From Helicobacteraceae bacterium (lineage in GTDB: Bacteria; Campylobacterota; Campylobacteria; Campylobacterales; Sulfurimonadaceae), in contig JALWGC010000011.1 of NCBI GenBank assembly GCA_027038835.1, forward strand, positions 12,837 to 76,836: a stretch of 64,000 bases of DNA. The letters are read 5' to 3'. Position 1 is the first letter of the stretch. The number at the start of each line of letters is the position of its first letter. Below the pieces are notes generated by a model that saw nothing but the letters and a program-made list of their open reading frames with translations, was not told the origin of the DNA and searched no databases. The position numbers and the translations under genes were made by a program. Shown one piece after another: positions 50,168 through 59,191 of the stretch.

Positions 50168-50665
50168 ATGAAAAAAAGATTGGCAGTAGGTTTTACGGGA
50201 CCTTCAAACAGCGGAAAAACGACGCTTATCCAAAAGATAGCAAGACGGTTGATTCACAAAGAGGGGTACGAGGTCGCCATCATAAAACACGACCCAAAAG
50301 ACAAAGCTTGGTTCGATGTCGAAGGGAAAGACAGTTACAAGTTCTACGATACCGGAGCGGAAGTGATAGTCACCTCCCCTACCCGAACGACGTACTTTTC
50401 GAACCGTCATAAAGATTTGGAAGAGATGGTACGCCTTTTTGGGCATTTCGACATTTTGCTTGTCGAAGGGTTGAAAAATCTCCCTCTTCCCAAAATCGGA
50501 GTGTTTCGAAACGAACTTGATGAAGAGTACTTCGAGTACATGAAAGCCATAGCGGTCGATGAAAGCATAGACGCGACCACCATTCCGACCGACCTCGATA
50601 TACTCGATCTGAACAATATAAACGAAGTGATCGAATGGATACTAAAAAACGCAAAGGAAGTATGA
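50168..50665 (+). CDS. mobB: molybdopterin-guanine dinucleotide biosynthesis adaptor MobB
   Basis: P-loop [12 protein letters not shown] motif, 165 aa. Confidence 0.85.
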   Translation: MKKRLAVGFTGPSNSGKTTLIQKIARRLIHKEGYEVAIIKHDPKDKAWFDVEGKDSYKFYDTGAEVIVTSPTRTTYFSNRHKDLEEMVRLFGHFDILLVEGLKNLPLPKIGVFRNELDEEYFEYMKAIAVDESIDATTIPTDLDILDLNNINEVIEWILKNAKEV

Positions 50666-51519
50666 TGAACCACGATTTAGACGCCATTTTCGAAGCGATC
50701 CAAAAAAGCGCGAAACGGATCAAAGAAGCCATAGACGTAAAAGATATAGGTTACTCCCAAAGTGCCAACAGTTCGGGAGAAACACAGCTTGAACTCGACA
50801 TCAAATGCGACATGATCATAGAAGAGGAGTTCAGCAAGGTCGATTTGGTTCATACCATAGCAAGCGAAGAAAAAGAACACGCCGATAAACTGCATGACAA
50901 TGGACGTTACTTCATAGCTTACGATCCGCTTGACGGCTCTTCGCTTATAGATGTAAATTTGAGCGTGGGGAGTATTTTTGGCATTTACGACGGTGACTTT
51001 GGAACCGACAAAATGGTTGCCGCGTGTTATGTGGTGTATGGACCTAGGGTAGAGATGGTTTTTGCTTATAATAAAGTCAAACTTTACCTACTTCAAGCCG
51101 ATGAATTCGAGTTCGTCAAGGAGATTCGCCTAAACGAAAAAGGGAAACTCATGGCTCCGGGAGGCACGCAACAGCACTGGCCGACTTATCACAAAGAGAT
51201 GATAGACGGCTTCTTCCAAGAAGGATACAGACTACGATACTCCGGAGGTATGGTGCCTGACTTGCATCAAATACTGCTAAAAGGTGGCGGTTTGTTCAGC
51301 TACCCTGCCACTACCGACAAACCAAATGGGAAATTACGACGCCTTTTTGAAGTGTTCCCTTTTGCGTTCGTTTACACGAAAGCCGGTGGAATGGCCATAG
51401 ACGGTAAACAAGAGTTGCTAACCCTTGGTTATAACGGCGTACATGACACCAGTCCGTGTTTTTTCGGTTCGCGATACGAAGTAGAACGTGTCAAAGAGGT
51501 GTATAGTCAAAATGGCTGA
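50662..51519 (+). CDS. fbp: class 1 fructose-1,6-bisphosphatase
   Basis: ATG 50662 overlaps the mobB stop (ATGA). Motifs [11 protein letters not shown] and YSGGMVPD. Confidence 0.9.
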   Translation: MMNHDLDAIFEAIQKSAKRIKEAIDVKDIGYSQSANSSGETQLELDIKCDMIIEEEFSKVDLVHTIASEEKEHADKLHDNGRYFIAYDPLDGSSLIDVNLSVGSIFGIYDGDFGTDKMVAACYVVYGPRVEMVFAYNKVKLYLLQADEFEFVKEIRLNEKGKLMAPGGTQQHWPTYHKEMIDGFFQEGYRLRYSGGMVPDLHQILLKGGGLFSYPATTDKPNGKLRRLFEVFPFAFVYTKAGGMAIDGKQELLTLGYNGVHDTSPCFFGSRYEVERVKEVYSQNG

Positions 51520-51718
51520 ACAAGCACAAAAAGAGCTCGATGAATTCGAGCTCCATTTGGAAAAAATGCTTAACAAATTAAGAGAATGTCAAAACGAAAA
51601 AGGGTTTGAAACCTGCTCCGCTTGTGAAGTTTTTTTGGAGTGTGAACTTAGAAAACAGTACGTCGATGCGGTGTACAACTCGATGAGCAAGGGAGATACC
51701 GGGGGATTCGAGTTTTAA
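51512..51718 (+). CDS. small Cys-containing conserved hypothetical (68 aa)
   Basis: ATG 51512 overlaps the fbp stop by 8 nt. CxxC-like spacing ([10 protein letters not shown]). Occupies the position of the small ORF between fbp and metS in C. jejuni, as far as I recall. Confidence 0.5.
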   Translation: MAEQAQKELDEFELHLEKMLNKLRECQNEKGFETCSACEVFLECELRKQYVDAVYNSMSKGDTGGFEF

Positions 51719-51812
51719 CGGTTGAGTTGAGAAATATTTGAGCCGCAGGGTCAAATATAACTCTGCAATGATTTCAAGGAAACATCCCTACGGGAGTGCT
51801 TCGCTTGTTTTG

Positions 51813-52097
51813 TTAGATGTAACCCCACTTTTTAAATTTATCTTTTAATTTGATATCATTTTCAAATGCTCTGTAATATAAATACTCTGGAGCTAAATCT
51901 AATTCATCATTCCATTTTATAGTGTAATCAACTGTAAAATTTTTAAATTTTTCTATGTCTTGAAGTTGTCTGAACGGTTTTAATTTTCCATCTAAAATAA
52001 AATCTTTTAAATCGACAACTCCCTTTTTATGGTCATTAAATTCTATTACAATTTTATAATCATCTTGATATTCTGCATCTACTACACTCAACATCAT
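51813..52097 (-). CDS. DUF2442 domain protein
   Basis: 94 aa. N-terminus (VVDAEYQDDYKIVIEFNDHKKGVVDL) and DLAPEYLY near the C-terminus fit the DUF2442 pattern. Confidence 0.7.
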   Translation of the reverse strand: MMLSVVDAEYQDDYKIVIEFNDHKKGVVDLKDFILDGKLKPFRQLQDIEKFKNFTVDYTIKWNDELDLAPEYLYYRAFENDIKLKDKFKKWGYI

Positions 52098-52114
52098 TTA
52101 ATCCTTTAACTAAA

Positions 52115-52357
52115 CTAAAGGTTCAATTTTTTTATATTCTCCTGTTTCTTTCTTTGTAGCAATTCTTCTTGATGATCTTCTGCCCATTCTACAACTAAAC
52201 CCAAGACTTTTGAAGGTAATCTTCCTTCTATTACTCCAAAAGTTTTAATATCAATTGAAGCTCTATAATCATTATATTCGACATGAAAATGTGGAGGATT
52301 ATGTTCATTAAAATACATAAATATTTTAATACCTAAAAATCTACTAATTTCTGGCAT
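52115..52357 (-). CDS. DUF4160 domain protein
   Basis: 80 aa. MPEISRFLGIKIFMYFNEHNPPHFHVEY is the characteristic DUF4160 N-terminus. Lies 17 nt upstream of the DUF2442 gene. Confidence 0.75.
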   Translation of the reverse strand: MPEISRFLGIKIFMYFNEHNPPHFHVEYNDYRASIDIKTFGVIEGRLPSKVLGLVVEWAEDHQEELLQRKKQENIKKLNL

Positions 52358-52482
52358 TCATTTCCTTGTAAAATTATTCTTACTGATTGTAGCAAAATTA
52401 CTTTTAAAATATCATCTAACGATCGACTTCACCGACAGGTTTACCTGTTCTGTGCAAGGATTTGTTATGTAATAGTTGCAAA

Positions 52483-55400
52483 TTACCCATCTTCTAATAT
52501 CTCAAATATCTGGTCTATATATTCCATTTGATTGTAATCTATTTTTTCACGTAAGTATTTAGGTATACACATTCTAAATTCTTCTAATGTTAATGGTTTG
52601 TTATTTACTAAAAGTTCAATCATTCTATCACTTAAAATTGATCTTGAATTTATCGCATATTTTTTGGAAACTATCTCTTCTCTAAATTTCAGTAATCTTT
52701 GAGTTAGAGTATCTTTATCACTAACTATACTATTTTCTCTATTATTAATATTAATTGCAGAGTTCTTGTTTGACAACCTATCGTTGGTATCCACACCTCT
52801 ATTTTCCAATATTGCTTCTTCTTTCTTAGGCTCATCCATTTCCTCTTTTATAAGCACAGCACGATTTTTAGCCTCTGCTAAAACTTTTTGTAGCCTTAAT
52901 TCTTCTTCTTTACGATGTTTAAACCAATCGGTACTCCATATTCTATGTATATGCCAACCCATACTTTCCAAAATTTCTTGGCGTATTCTGTCTCTATCTC
53001 TTGCAGATTTACTGGAATGATACCCTGCACCATCACATTCTATACCAATTATATAATTGTATGATCCCTCCACCATAACACCAATATCAATAAAGAATCC
53101 GGCTACACCAACTTGAGGATGGGCTATAAACCCCAAGGATTGTATAAACCTAATTACAGATTCTTCAAATGGGCTATCTGGTTCTTTTCCTGTTGTAGTG
53201 CCCTGTATAGATTCTACATGACCACTCTCTATATATTTGAGATAATTTCGGAGTGCCATACGTCCTCTGTTGCCTTCTGCAGGAATAATATCATTACTGA
53301 CCATTGAAGTAAACACAACAATTTTTTTTCTTGCTCTGGTAATTAAAACATTCATACGTCTCCAACCGTGATCACCATTAATCGGTCCAAAACGCTGATA
53401 TACTTTTTTACTTTCCGGATCAGGTCCATAAGTTGTACCAATATATAAAATATCCGCTTCATCACCCTGAACATTTTCAAGATTCTTGATGAAAAACTTT
53501 CCTTTATTAATAGCTAAATCGAGCAAACGTCTGATATTTATATCTTCTTTTGTTTTTTCTTCCAATAATCTATCAATTAGCTCTGCTTGCTTTTTATTCA
53601 TTGCAACAGCACCAAGACTATCTACGGGATTAGATTTTAAATGTTCACAAATAGCATCAACAATAGCAATGGCTTCATTAGTATTTTTTTGTTCCTTGAA
53701 GAATCCATTAGAAATAAATTTTCTGCTTATCCCTACTTGTGAAGTATCTCGTTCAGGTGATGGAAAAATCATTAACTCACTATCGTAAAAATGATGATTT
53801 GAAAATGCAATTAGACTTTCATGTCGTGATCTATAGTGCCATTTCAATCTTTTAACATGTGGGTAGACACGAAGCATCAAATCTAAAATTGATTCTGCTG
53901 ATGTTACAACTGTTTCATCCTGTATATCATCCTCTTTCATGCTAGAAGAAAAAAAGTTAGTAGGAGGTAACTGGTTTGGGTCCCCTACTACAACAACTTG
54001 TTTCGCACGGGCTATGGCACCCAGTGAATCTTCTGGAAAAATTTGACTGGCTTCATCCATAATCATTAGATCAAAAGGTTCCTGCATAGGATCAATAAAC
54101 TGTGATACACTAAGAGGAGACATCATATAGCACGGCTTTAGAGCCCTGATAGCTTTTGAAGCTCTTTTTAATGTTTGCCGTATAGGTAAATGGCGTTTTT
54201 GTTTACGTATCTCATTTTGAATAAGCCTCATTTCTGTTTTTTCACTCACTCTACCATTTGTACCTGCAGGTACTATATTTTTAGATAATTCAAAAGCATG
54301 TTTTTTTGCATACAAACTACCAAGTTTGTTATCTAGCTCTCTAAAAATTTTTAAAGAGGTTTCATATAGATGTCTGTTAAATTGTGCAAGAACTACATTA
54401 TCTCTCAAAATTTTATGCGCCCATTCTCTGTAGTAAGCATAAAGAACAATATCTTTCAATTTATCAGCAAGATCATGTTGTACTATATATCTTAAAATTT
54501 CAGACAGCCCATAATCATTTAAAGTAGACAGTAATCTAGAAACATCTATCCAAGCTCCCAACTCAGCAGTATTTGTAATTTTTTCCTCTAAAATTGCATA
54601 TCTCGTATTAAATTCTTTTGCATTATTAAAGAAAATATTTTCATTTATATTGACATACTGACTAATAGTGTTTTTCAAGGTTAAAAGTTCTTCCAAGATT
54701 GGTTTAGCTTTTAGTAATACTCTTACAAGAGCATCAACATAGTTCTGTTGGTCTTCTGTTTCAAATGGTTTGAGTAACTCTTCGCTGAATCCATAATCAA
54801 TCATTCTTTGTTTCCACTGGTAGGCAGAGTTGAGTTCTATAACTAAATCCAAATATTCACGTGTCTTACCTAGTGCTTTAATATTATTAAGGTCAATAGT
54901 ATCAAGACCTATTTCCTTCATTAAATATTCGCCACCATCCTTATAATAGTTTTTAAATTCTTGTAAATATTTTTCGATATGATGTCTATAATTATCCAGA
55001 ACGTTACTCATTTGTTCAGCATTTTTAGCTTTTTCTTTTATATTGATCAAGTTAAATTGTTTTTTGGCATTCTTATATTCTTTATTAAATAATTTTCCCC
55101 AGAAACTTATATCTTTGAATCCTCTCAATACCCTTGATAGTTGACGAATATTATCAATGCTCTCAACCATTTCCATATCTATTTCATCAAAAAAGCTACT
55201 CCTTTCTATCAATTCTTCCGTCTTGTGCATCAAGTTTTTAATTTTATCGATAGAAAAAGAATTAACTATTCTTAATTTTTCTGGGTCTGGATATTCGGAA
55301 AAAGCCTCACTATTATTGGCCTTGTCTATGATTTTAATCATTTCTTCTGTTTGAGGTACTACTCTGAGCAAGTTATCTTCTTCAAACAATGCGCTCATAT

Positions 55401-57027
55401 TCTGAAGTTTGTCTCTATACTCTTGCAAAAGTTCAATAATAACTCCAGTATCTAGGGAAATTGCATTTGTAGTTTCCAATCCATTCCATCTGGAATTTAA
55501 TATTCCTTGATTTTCTTTTATTAACAGTTCTAATGCACCTAGTTCGTTTTTAAGATCTTGGAGCATTTTTTGATCAATATTTAAAAATTTGTTTTCAGAA
55601 GGTACATTTAAAAAAGCTTCTTGCTCTCTATTTAATACTTCACCAAAAATAATATATGGAGTTTGTCCAATGATTTCTTGTGGTGTATGCAACACATTCA
55701 AATAATCGTTAATCCTTTGTTTAATGTGTTCAATATTTTCTATAGACTGTTCTAATTCATCTGAAGACAAAGAAACCTCTAAATCAACTCTTTCTCTAAG
55801 TGATGTATAAAAATTTGCTTTATTTGCTTTATGTGAATGTAGCTCCAAAATAAAATTACCCAGTCCTACTGCATCCAAACGCTTTTTTACAACTTCGAGA
55901 GCTACAAGTTTTTCAGCAACAAATAAAACACTTTTTCCCTCCGATAAAGCTACAGCAATAAGATTCGCAATGGTTTGACTTTTACCGGTTCCCGGGGGTC
56001 CTTCAATAATCAAATTATGCCCCCGCATTACCTGTGCAATCGCATCACGTTGAGATCCATCCGCATCCATGACCAAGCCCAAGTTTTCTGTCTCATCTTC
56101 AGGAATTTCTTCAAAAACCATAGATTGTTCTGGGGAGTCTATTTCTCCTGCTATTTCGGCTAAAATAGGATGTTCTTCTATTTTTCTATCTTCTGGCCAA
56201 TTTGAAGATTCTAAATCAAGATACATCAAAAGTTTATTAAATTGAAAAAAGTCTAATGCAAACCTACGGCTTACCCCAATAAGGTTTTTATTGTTCTCGC
56301 AAATATGATTTATTTTTTTGAAATATTCTTCAGGCGTATCTTCTTCGTTAAAGTCTGGCAACTTTATACCAAACTCATGATTTATTTTATGACGCAACGA
56401 AATATTAGAAACAAGATCTTCCCCAGTATATACAAGATTATAAGTATATACCCCAGTAACTTTATCTGGTTTACCACGTTCAATCTGTACCGGTATGAGT
56501 ATTAACGGAGAATTCAATATTTTTTCAGAATTTATAGACTGCTTCCACTGTAAAAATCCAATAGCAAGATAAAGAATATTTGTACCTTTTTCTTGTATTG
56601 CCGAGTTTGCATCGGATCTTCGTTTTCTCAACATTTGTTCAAGGGCATCTGGGTAATGTAATGTCTGAATAGCATTATCAGTATGTTTATCTAACAAAAT
56701 TCCTGAATCATTTTCTACAAATGGTACTTCTTCGTCAATTGATATACCAAGTATTTGGGCATGCTTTTTAGCAGATATAAAACCACTAACTTCATCCATT
56801 TCTTCATTTTGAATATTCTCTTCAGATTCATCAATTTCAGGATATGGCACAGGTTCAAATTTCATTATTTCAGCGTCTAATAACTTTTTATACATAACAT
56901 TAGGCAATTCATCTACAATGATTAACCTATTTTTACGTTTCAAGTTATAATTAATAAGAGGATTTCGCAAAGACAAATCCAACAATTTTTTTCTAGATTC
57001 ATCTAATAGCTTTTTTACTTCAGACAT
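52483..57027 (-). CDS. 1514-aa DUF4011-like / Upf1-like SF1 helicase fused to a DUF559 (Vsr-like, PD-(D/E)xK) nuclease and a DUF3320-like tail
   Basis: N-terminus LLDLSLRNPLINY...ILYLAIGFLQW (DUF4011-like). Walker A GPPGTGKS (aa 343-350, nt 55978-56001). Walker B/motif II MDEASQ (aa 990-995). Motif III GDPNQLPP, QGDEAD, and VLITRARKKIVVF. Nuclease block FFIDIG...IGIECDGAGYH...RDRIRQEILESMGWHIHRIW (aa ~1285-1370, nt 52918-53175). Confidence 0.8.
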   Translation of the reverse strand: MSEVKKLLDESRKKLLDLSLRNPLINYNLKRKNRLIIVDELPNVMYKKLLDAEIMKFEPVPYPEIDESEENIQNEEMDEVSGFISAKKHAQILGISIDEEVPFVENDSGILLDKHTDNAIQTLHYPDALEQMLRKRRSDANSAIQEKGTNILYLAIGFLQWKQSINSEKILNSPLILIPVQIERGKPDKVTGVYTYNLVYTGEDLVSNISLRHKINHEFGIKLPDFNEEDTPEEYFKKINHICENNKNLIGVSRRFALDFFQFNKLLMYLDLESSNWPEDRKIEEHPILAEIAGEIDSPEQSMVFEEIPEDETENLGLVMDADGSQRDAIAQVMRGHNLIIEGPPGTGKSQTIANLIAVALSEGKSVLFVAEKLVALEVVKKRLDAVGLGNFILELHSHKANKANFYTSLRERVDLEVSLSSDELEQSIENIEHIKQRINDYLNVLHTPQEIIGQTPYIIFGEVLNREQEAFLNVPSENKFLNIDQKMLQDLKNELGALELLIKENQGILNSRWNGLETTNAISLDTGVIIELLQEYRDKLQNMSALFEEDNLLRVVPQTEEMIKIIDKANNSEAFSEYPDPEKLRIVNSFSIDKIKNLMHKTEELIERSSFFDEIDMEMVESIDNIRQLSRVLRGFKDISFWGKLFNKEYKNAKKQFNLINIKEKAKNAEQMSNVLDNYRHHIEKYLQEFKNYYKDGGEYLMKEIGLDTIDLNNIKALGKTREYLDLVIELNSAYQWKQRMIDYGFSEELLKPFETEDQQNYVDALVRVLLKAKPILEELLTLKNTISQYVNINENIFFNNAKEFNTRYAILEEKITNTAELGAWIDVSRLLSTLNDYGLSEILRYIVQHDLADKLKDIVLYAYYREWAHKILRDNVVLAQFNRHLYETSLKIFRELDNKLGSLYAKKHAFELSKNIVPAGTNGRVSEKTEMRLIQNEIRKQKRHLPIRQTLKRASKAIRALKPCYMMSPLSVSQFIDPMQEPFDLMIMDEASQIFPEDSLGAIARAKQVVVVGDPNQLPPTNFFSSSMKEDDIQDETVVTSAESILDLMLRVYPHVKRLKWHYRSRHESLIAFSNHHFYDSELMIFPSPERDTSQVGISRKFISNGFFKEQKNTNEAIAIVDAICEHLKSNPVDSLGAVAMNKKQAELIDRLLEEKTKEDINIRRLLDLAINKGKFFIKNLENVQGDEADILYIGTTYGPDPESKKVYQRFGPINGDHGWRRMNVLITRARKKIVVFTSMVSNDIIPAEGNRGRMALRNYLKYIESGHVESIQGTTTGKEPDSPFEESVIRFIQSLGFIAHPQVGVAGFFIDIGVMVEGSYNYIIGIECDGAGYHSSKSARDRDRIRQEILESMGWHIHRIWSTDWFKHRKEEELRLQKVLAEAKNRAVLIKEEMDEPKKEEAILENRGVDTNDRLSNKNSAININNRENSIVSDKDTLTQRLLKFREEIVSKKYAINSRSILSDRMIELLVNNKPLTLEEFRMCIPKYLREKIDYNQMEYIDQIFEILEDG

Positions 57028-57250
57028 ATCTTCCCTTAACTACTCAGTTTGACTAGCTTTTATCTTTACATAACTATTTATTAACTCACATTTTACGTAT
57101 TTTTGTCCGAAAAGTCAATATTAACACTACATATTTTTATATGTTAATCGTTTATAATTCTTAAAGAATCTATAATTGACAATCTTTTTAACTATAACGA
57201 AACTAAAAGGATAGTTTAGATAGAATTTCTAAAAATTCTTCAAACGGGGA

Positions 57251-59191
57251 TTGAAATTGAGCAAATACATCACGACTCCTATCTACTATGTCAACGGTGA
57301 AGCGCACATTGGGCATGCCTACACCACTTTTATAGCCGATACCATAGCGCGGTACGAGCGGCTAAAGGGTGAAGAGACGTTTTTCTTGACAGGAACGGAC
57401 GAGCATGGGCAAAAGATCGAAGAGTCCGCGAAAAAAGCGGGTAAACCTACACAAGAGTTCGCCGATGAAATAAGCGCTACATTCAAAAATCTTTGGGACG
57501 AGTTCGGCATCAGTTACGACAAGTTCATCCGCACGACGGACGAAGCGCATAAGCAAGGGGTACAAAAAGCGTTTTTGAAGATGTTTGAAAAAGGTGACAT
57601 CTACAAAGGTGAGTATGAAGGGCATTACTGTGTGAGTTGCGAAGCGTTCTTTCCGGAAACCCAGTTGGTTGACGGTGAGTTTTGTCCCGACTGCGGCAGA
57701 AGCACGACCGTAGTACAAGAAGAGAGTTACTTTTTCAAACTTTCGAATTACGAGCAAAAACTACTGGAGTATTACGAAACGCATCCCGATTTCATCTTAC
57801 CGAAATCACGTGCCAACGAAGTTATAAATTTCGTCAAAGGAGGACTTAGAGACCTCTCGGTCACTCGAACCTCTTTTAGCTGGGGTGTGCCGCTTCCAAA
57901 AGAGATAAACGACCCAAAACATGTCATGTATGTATGGCTCGATGCGTTGCTCAACTATGTAACGGCACTTGGCTACGGACAAGATGACGAAAGCTTGATG
58001 GAGAAGTTCTGGCCTGCGGACATCCACCTCGTTGGAAAAGATATTTTACGTTTTCATGCCATCTACTGGCCGGCATTTTTGATGAGTTTGGAGCTTCCTT
58101 TACCCAAACATATAGCTGCTCATGGGTGGTGGACGAGAGACGGCGAAAAAATGAGTAAATCAAAAGGGAACGTGGTCAACCCTAAAGAGGTCGCCGATGC
58201 GTACGGAGTGGAAAATTTGCGCTATTTCATGCTTCGTGAAGTACCGTTTGGACAAGATGGCGACTTTTCACAACGTGCATTCATAGACCGCATCAACTCC
58301 GACCTTTCCAATGACCTTGGCAACTTGCTTAACCGCATCATCGGTATGAGCGGAAAATACAGCGACTTCGTCATAGATTCCAAAGATGTCACGACTTACC
58401 ATAAAGAACAGCTCGATGCACTAAACGCTGTCATCGATACGCTCGATAGTTTCATCCAAACCGTCCAGCCTCACCGCTATCTCGAAGAGTTATGGAAACT
58501 TTTTGCCATTGGAAACGGTACCATTCAAGAAGCCGAGCCGTGGGTGAAGATGAAAAACGGGCAAAAAGATGAAGCTTTAGCTACAGTCGCGCTTGTTGCG
58601 AATATTCTCGCCAAAGCCGCTCTGCTTCTCTCACCCGTTATGCCAAATACCGCGCGAAAAATCGCCGATGCACTTAGTATCTCCATCGACAGCCAAACGT
58701 TCGAGCGTCTTGTAGTGCAAAAGGGTCTGCTTGAGACGTTCACCATAGAGAAAATCCCGCCGCTTTTTCCAAAGATAGAAGAACCGCTTCTTCCTGAAGC
58801 GCCTCAAGCTCAGCCTAACACTCAAGCAAAAAGTGAGCAAAAAGAGCAACCAAAAGAGGAGGACAACCTCATAGAGATCGGTCAGTTTTTCGAAACTTCG
58901 CTCAAAGTGGGAACGGTCGTAGAAGCCCAAGAAGTACCAAAAAGTAAAAAACTCCTCAAACTGCAAGTCGATTTGGGTGAAGAAGAACCTCGCCAAATCG
59001 TCGCGGGTATCAAGGAGTTCTATTCACCGGAAAGTTTGCTCAACACCCAAGTATGTGTCGTTGCCAACCTCAAACCTGCGAAACTCATGGGAATAGTCTC
59101 ACAAGGGATGCTCCTTGCCGCTAAAGACGCAGACGGCCTTTGTCTGATACGTCCGGAAAAACCAAAACAAGCCGGAACGCCTATTGGATGA
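57251..59191 (+). CDS. metG: methionine--tRNA ligase with C-terminal tRNA-binding (Trbp111-like) domain
   Basis: HIGHAY, a CxxC..CxxC knuckle (CVSC..CPDC), KMSKS, and a C-terminal OB-fold (LKVGTVVEAQEVPKSKKLLKLQVDLG). TTG start. Confidence 0.95.
   Translation: MKLSKYITTPIYYVNGEAHIGHAYTTFIADTIARYERLKGEETFFLTGTDEHGQKIEESAKKAGKPTQEFADEISATFKNLWDEFGISYDKFIRTTDEAHKQGVQKAFLKMFEKGDIYKGEYEGHYCVSCEAFFPETQLVDGEFCPDCGRSTTVVQEESYFFKLSNYEQKLLEYYETHPDFILPKSRANEVINFVKGGLRDLSVTRTSFSWGVPLPKEINDPKHVMYVWLDALLNYVTALGYGQDDESLMEKFWPADIHLVGKDILRFHAIYWPAFLMSLELPLPKHIAAHGWWTRDGEKMSKSKGNVVNPKEVADAYGVENLRYFMLREVPFGQDGDFSQRAFIDRINSDLSNDLGNLLNRIIGMSGKYSDFVIDSKDVTTYHKEQLDALNAVIDTLDSFIQTVQPHRYLEELWKLFAIGNGTIQEAEPWVKMKNGQKDEALATVALVANILAKAALLLSPVMPNTARKIADALSISIDSQTFERLVVQKGLLETFTIEKIPPLFPKIEEPLLPEAPQAQPNTQAKSEQKEQPKEEDNLIEIGQFFETSLKVGTVVEAQEVPKSKKLLKLQVDLGEEEPRQIVAGIKEFYSPESLLNTQVCVVANLKPAKLMGIVSQGMLLAAKDADGLCLIRPEKPKQAGTPIG

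Larger units (their letters stand above)
51719..57250. other. AT-rich three-gene insert (probable horizontally acquired island)
   Basis: Abrupt G+C drop (hand-counted 60-nt lines give 12-18 G+C of 60 inside versus 30-33 of 60 in the flanks). Genes are on the opposite strand to the flanking core genes. No mobility gene is present. Confidence 0.7.

Noticed and set aside
51727-51738. Possible direct repeats flanking the island (TTGAGAAATA at 51727 versus TTGAGCAAATA at 57257).
   Set aside because: The match is short and imperfect, and the right-hand copy lies inside the metG coding start. This is compatible with chance, so I do not call att sites.
51733-51757. Hairpin ATATTTGA-N9-TCAAATAT just after the small ORF at the left island edge.
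   Set aside because: It is probably just the terminator of the fbp/small-ORF transcript (no T-run, though). There is not enough evidence to call it a recombination site.
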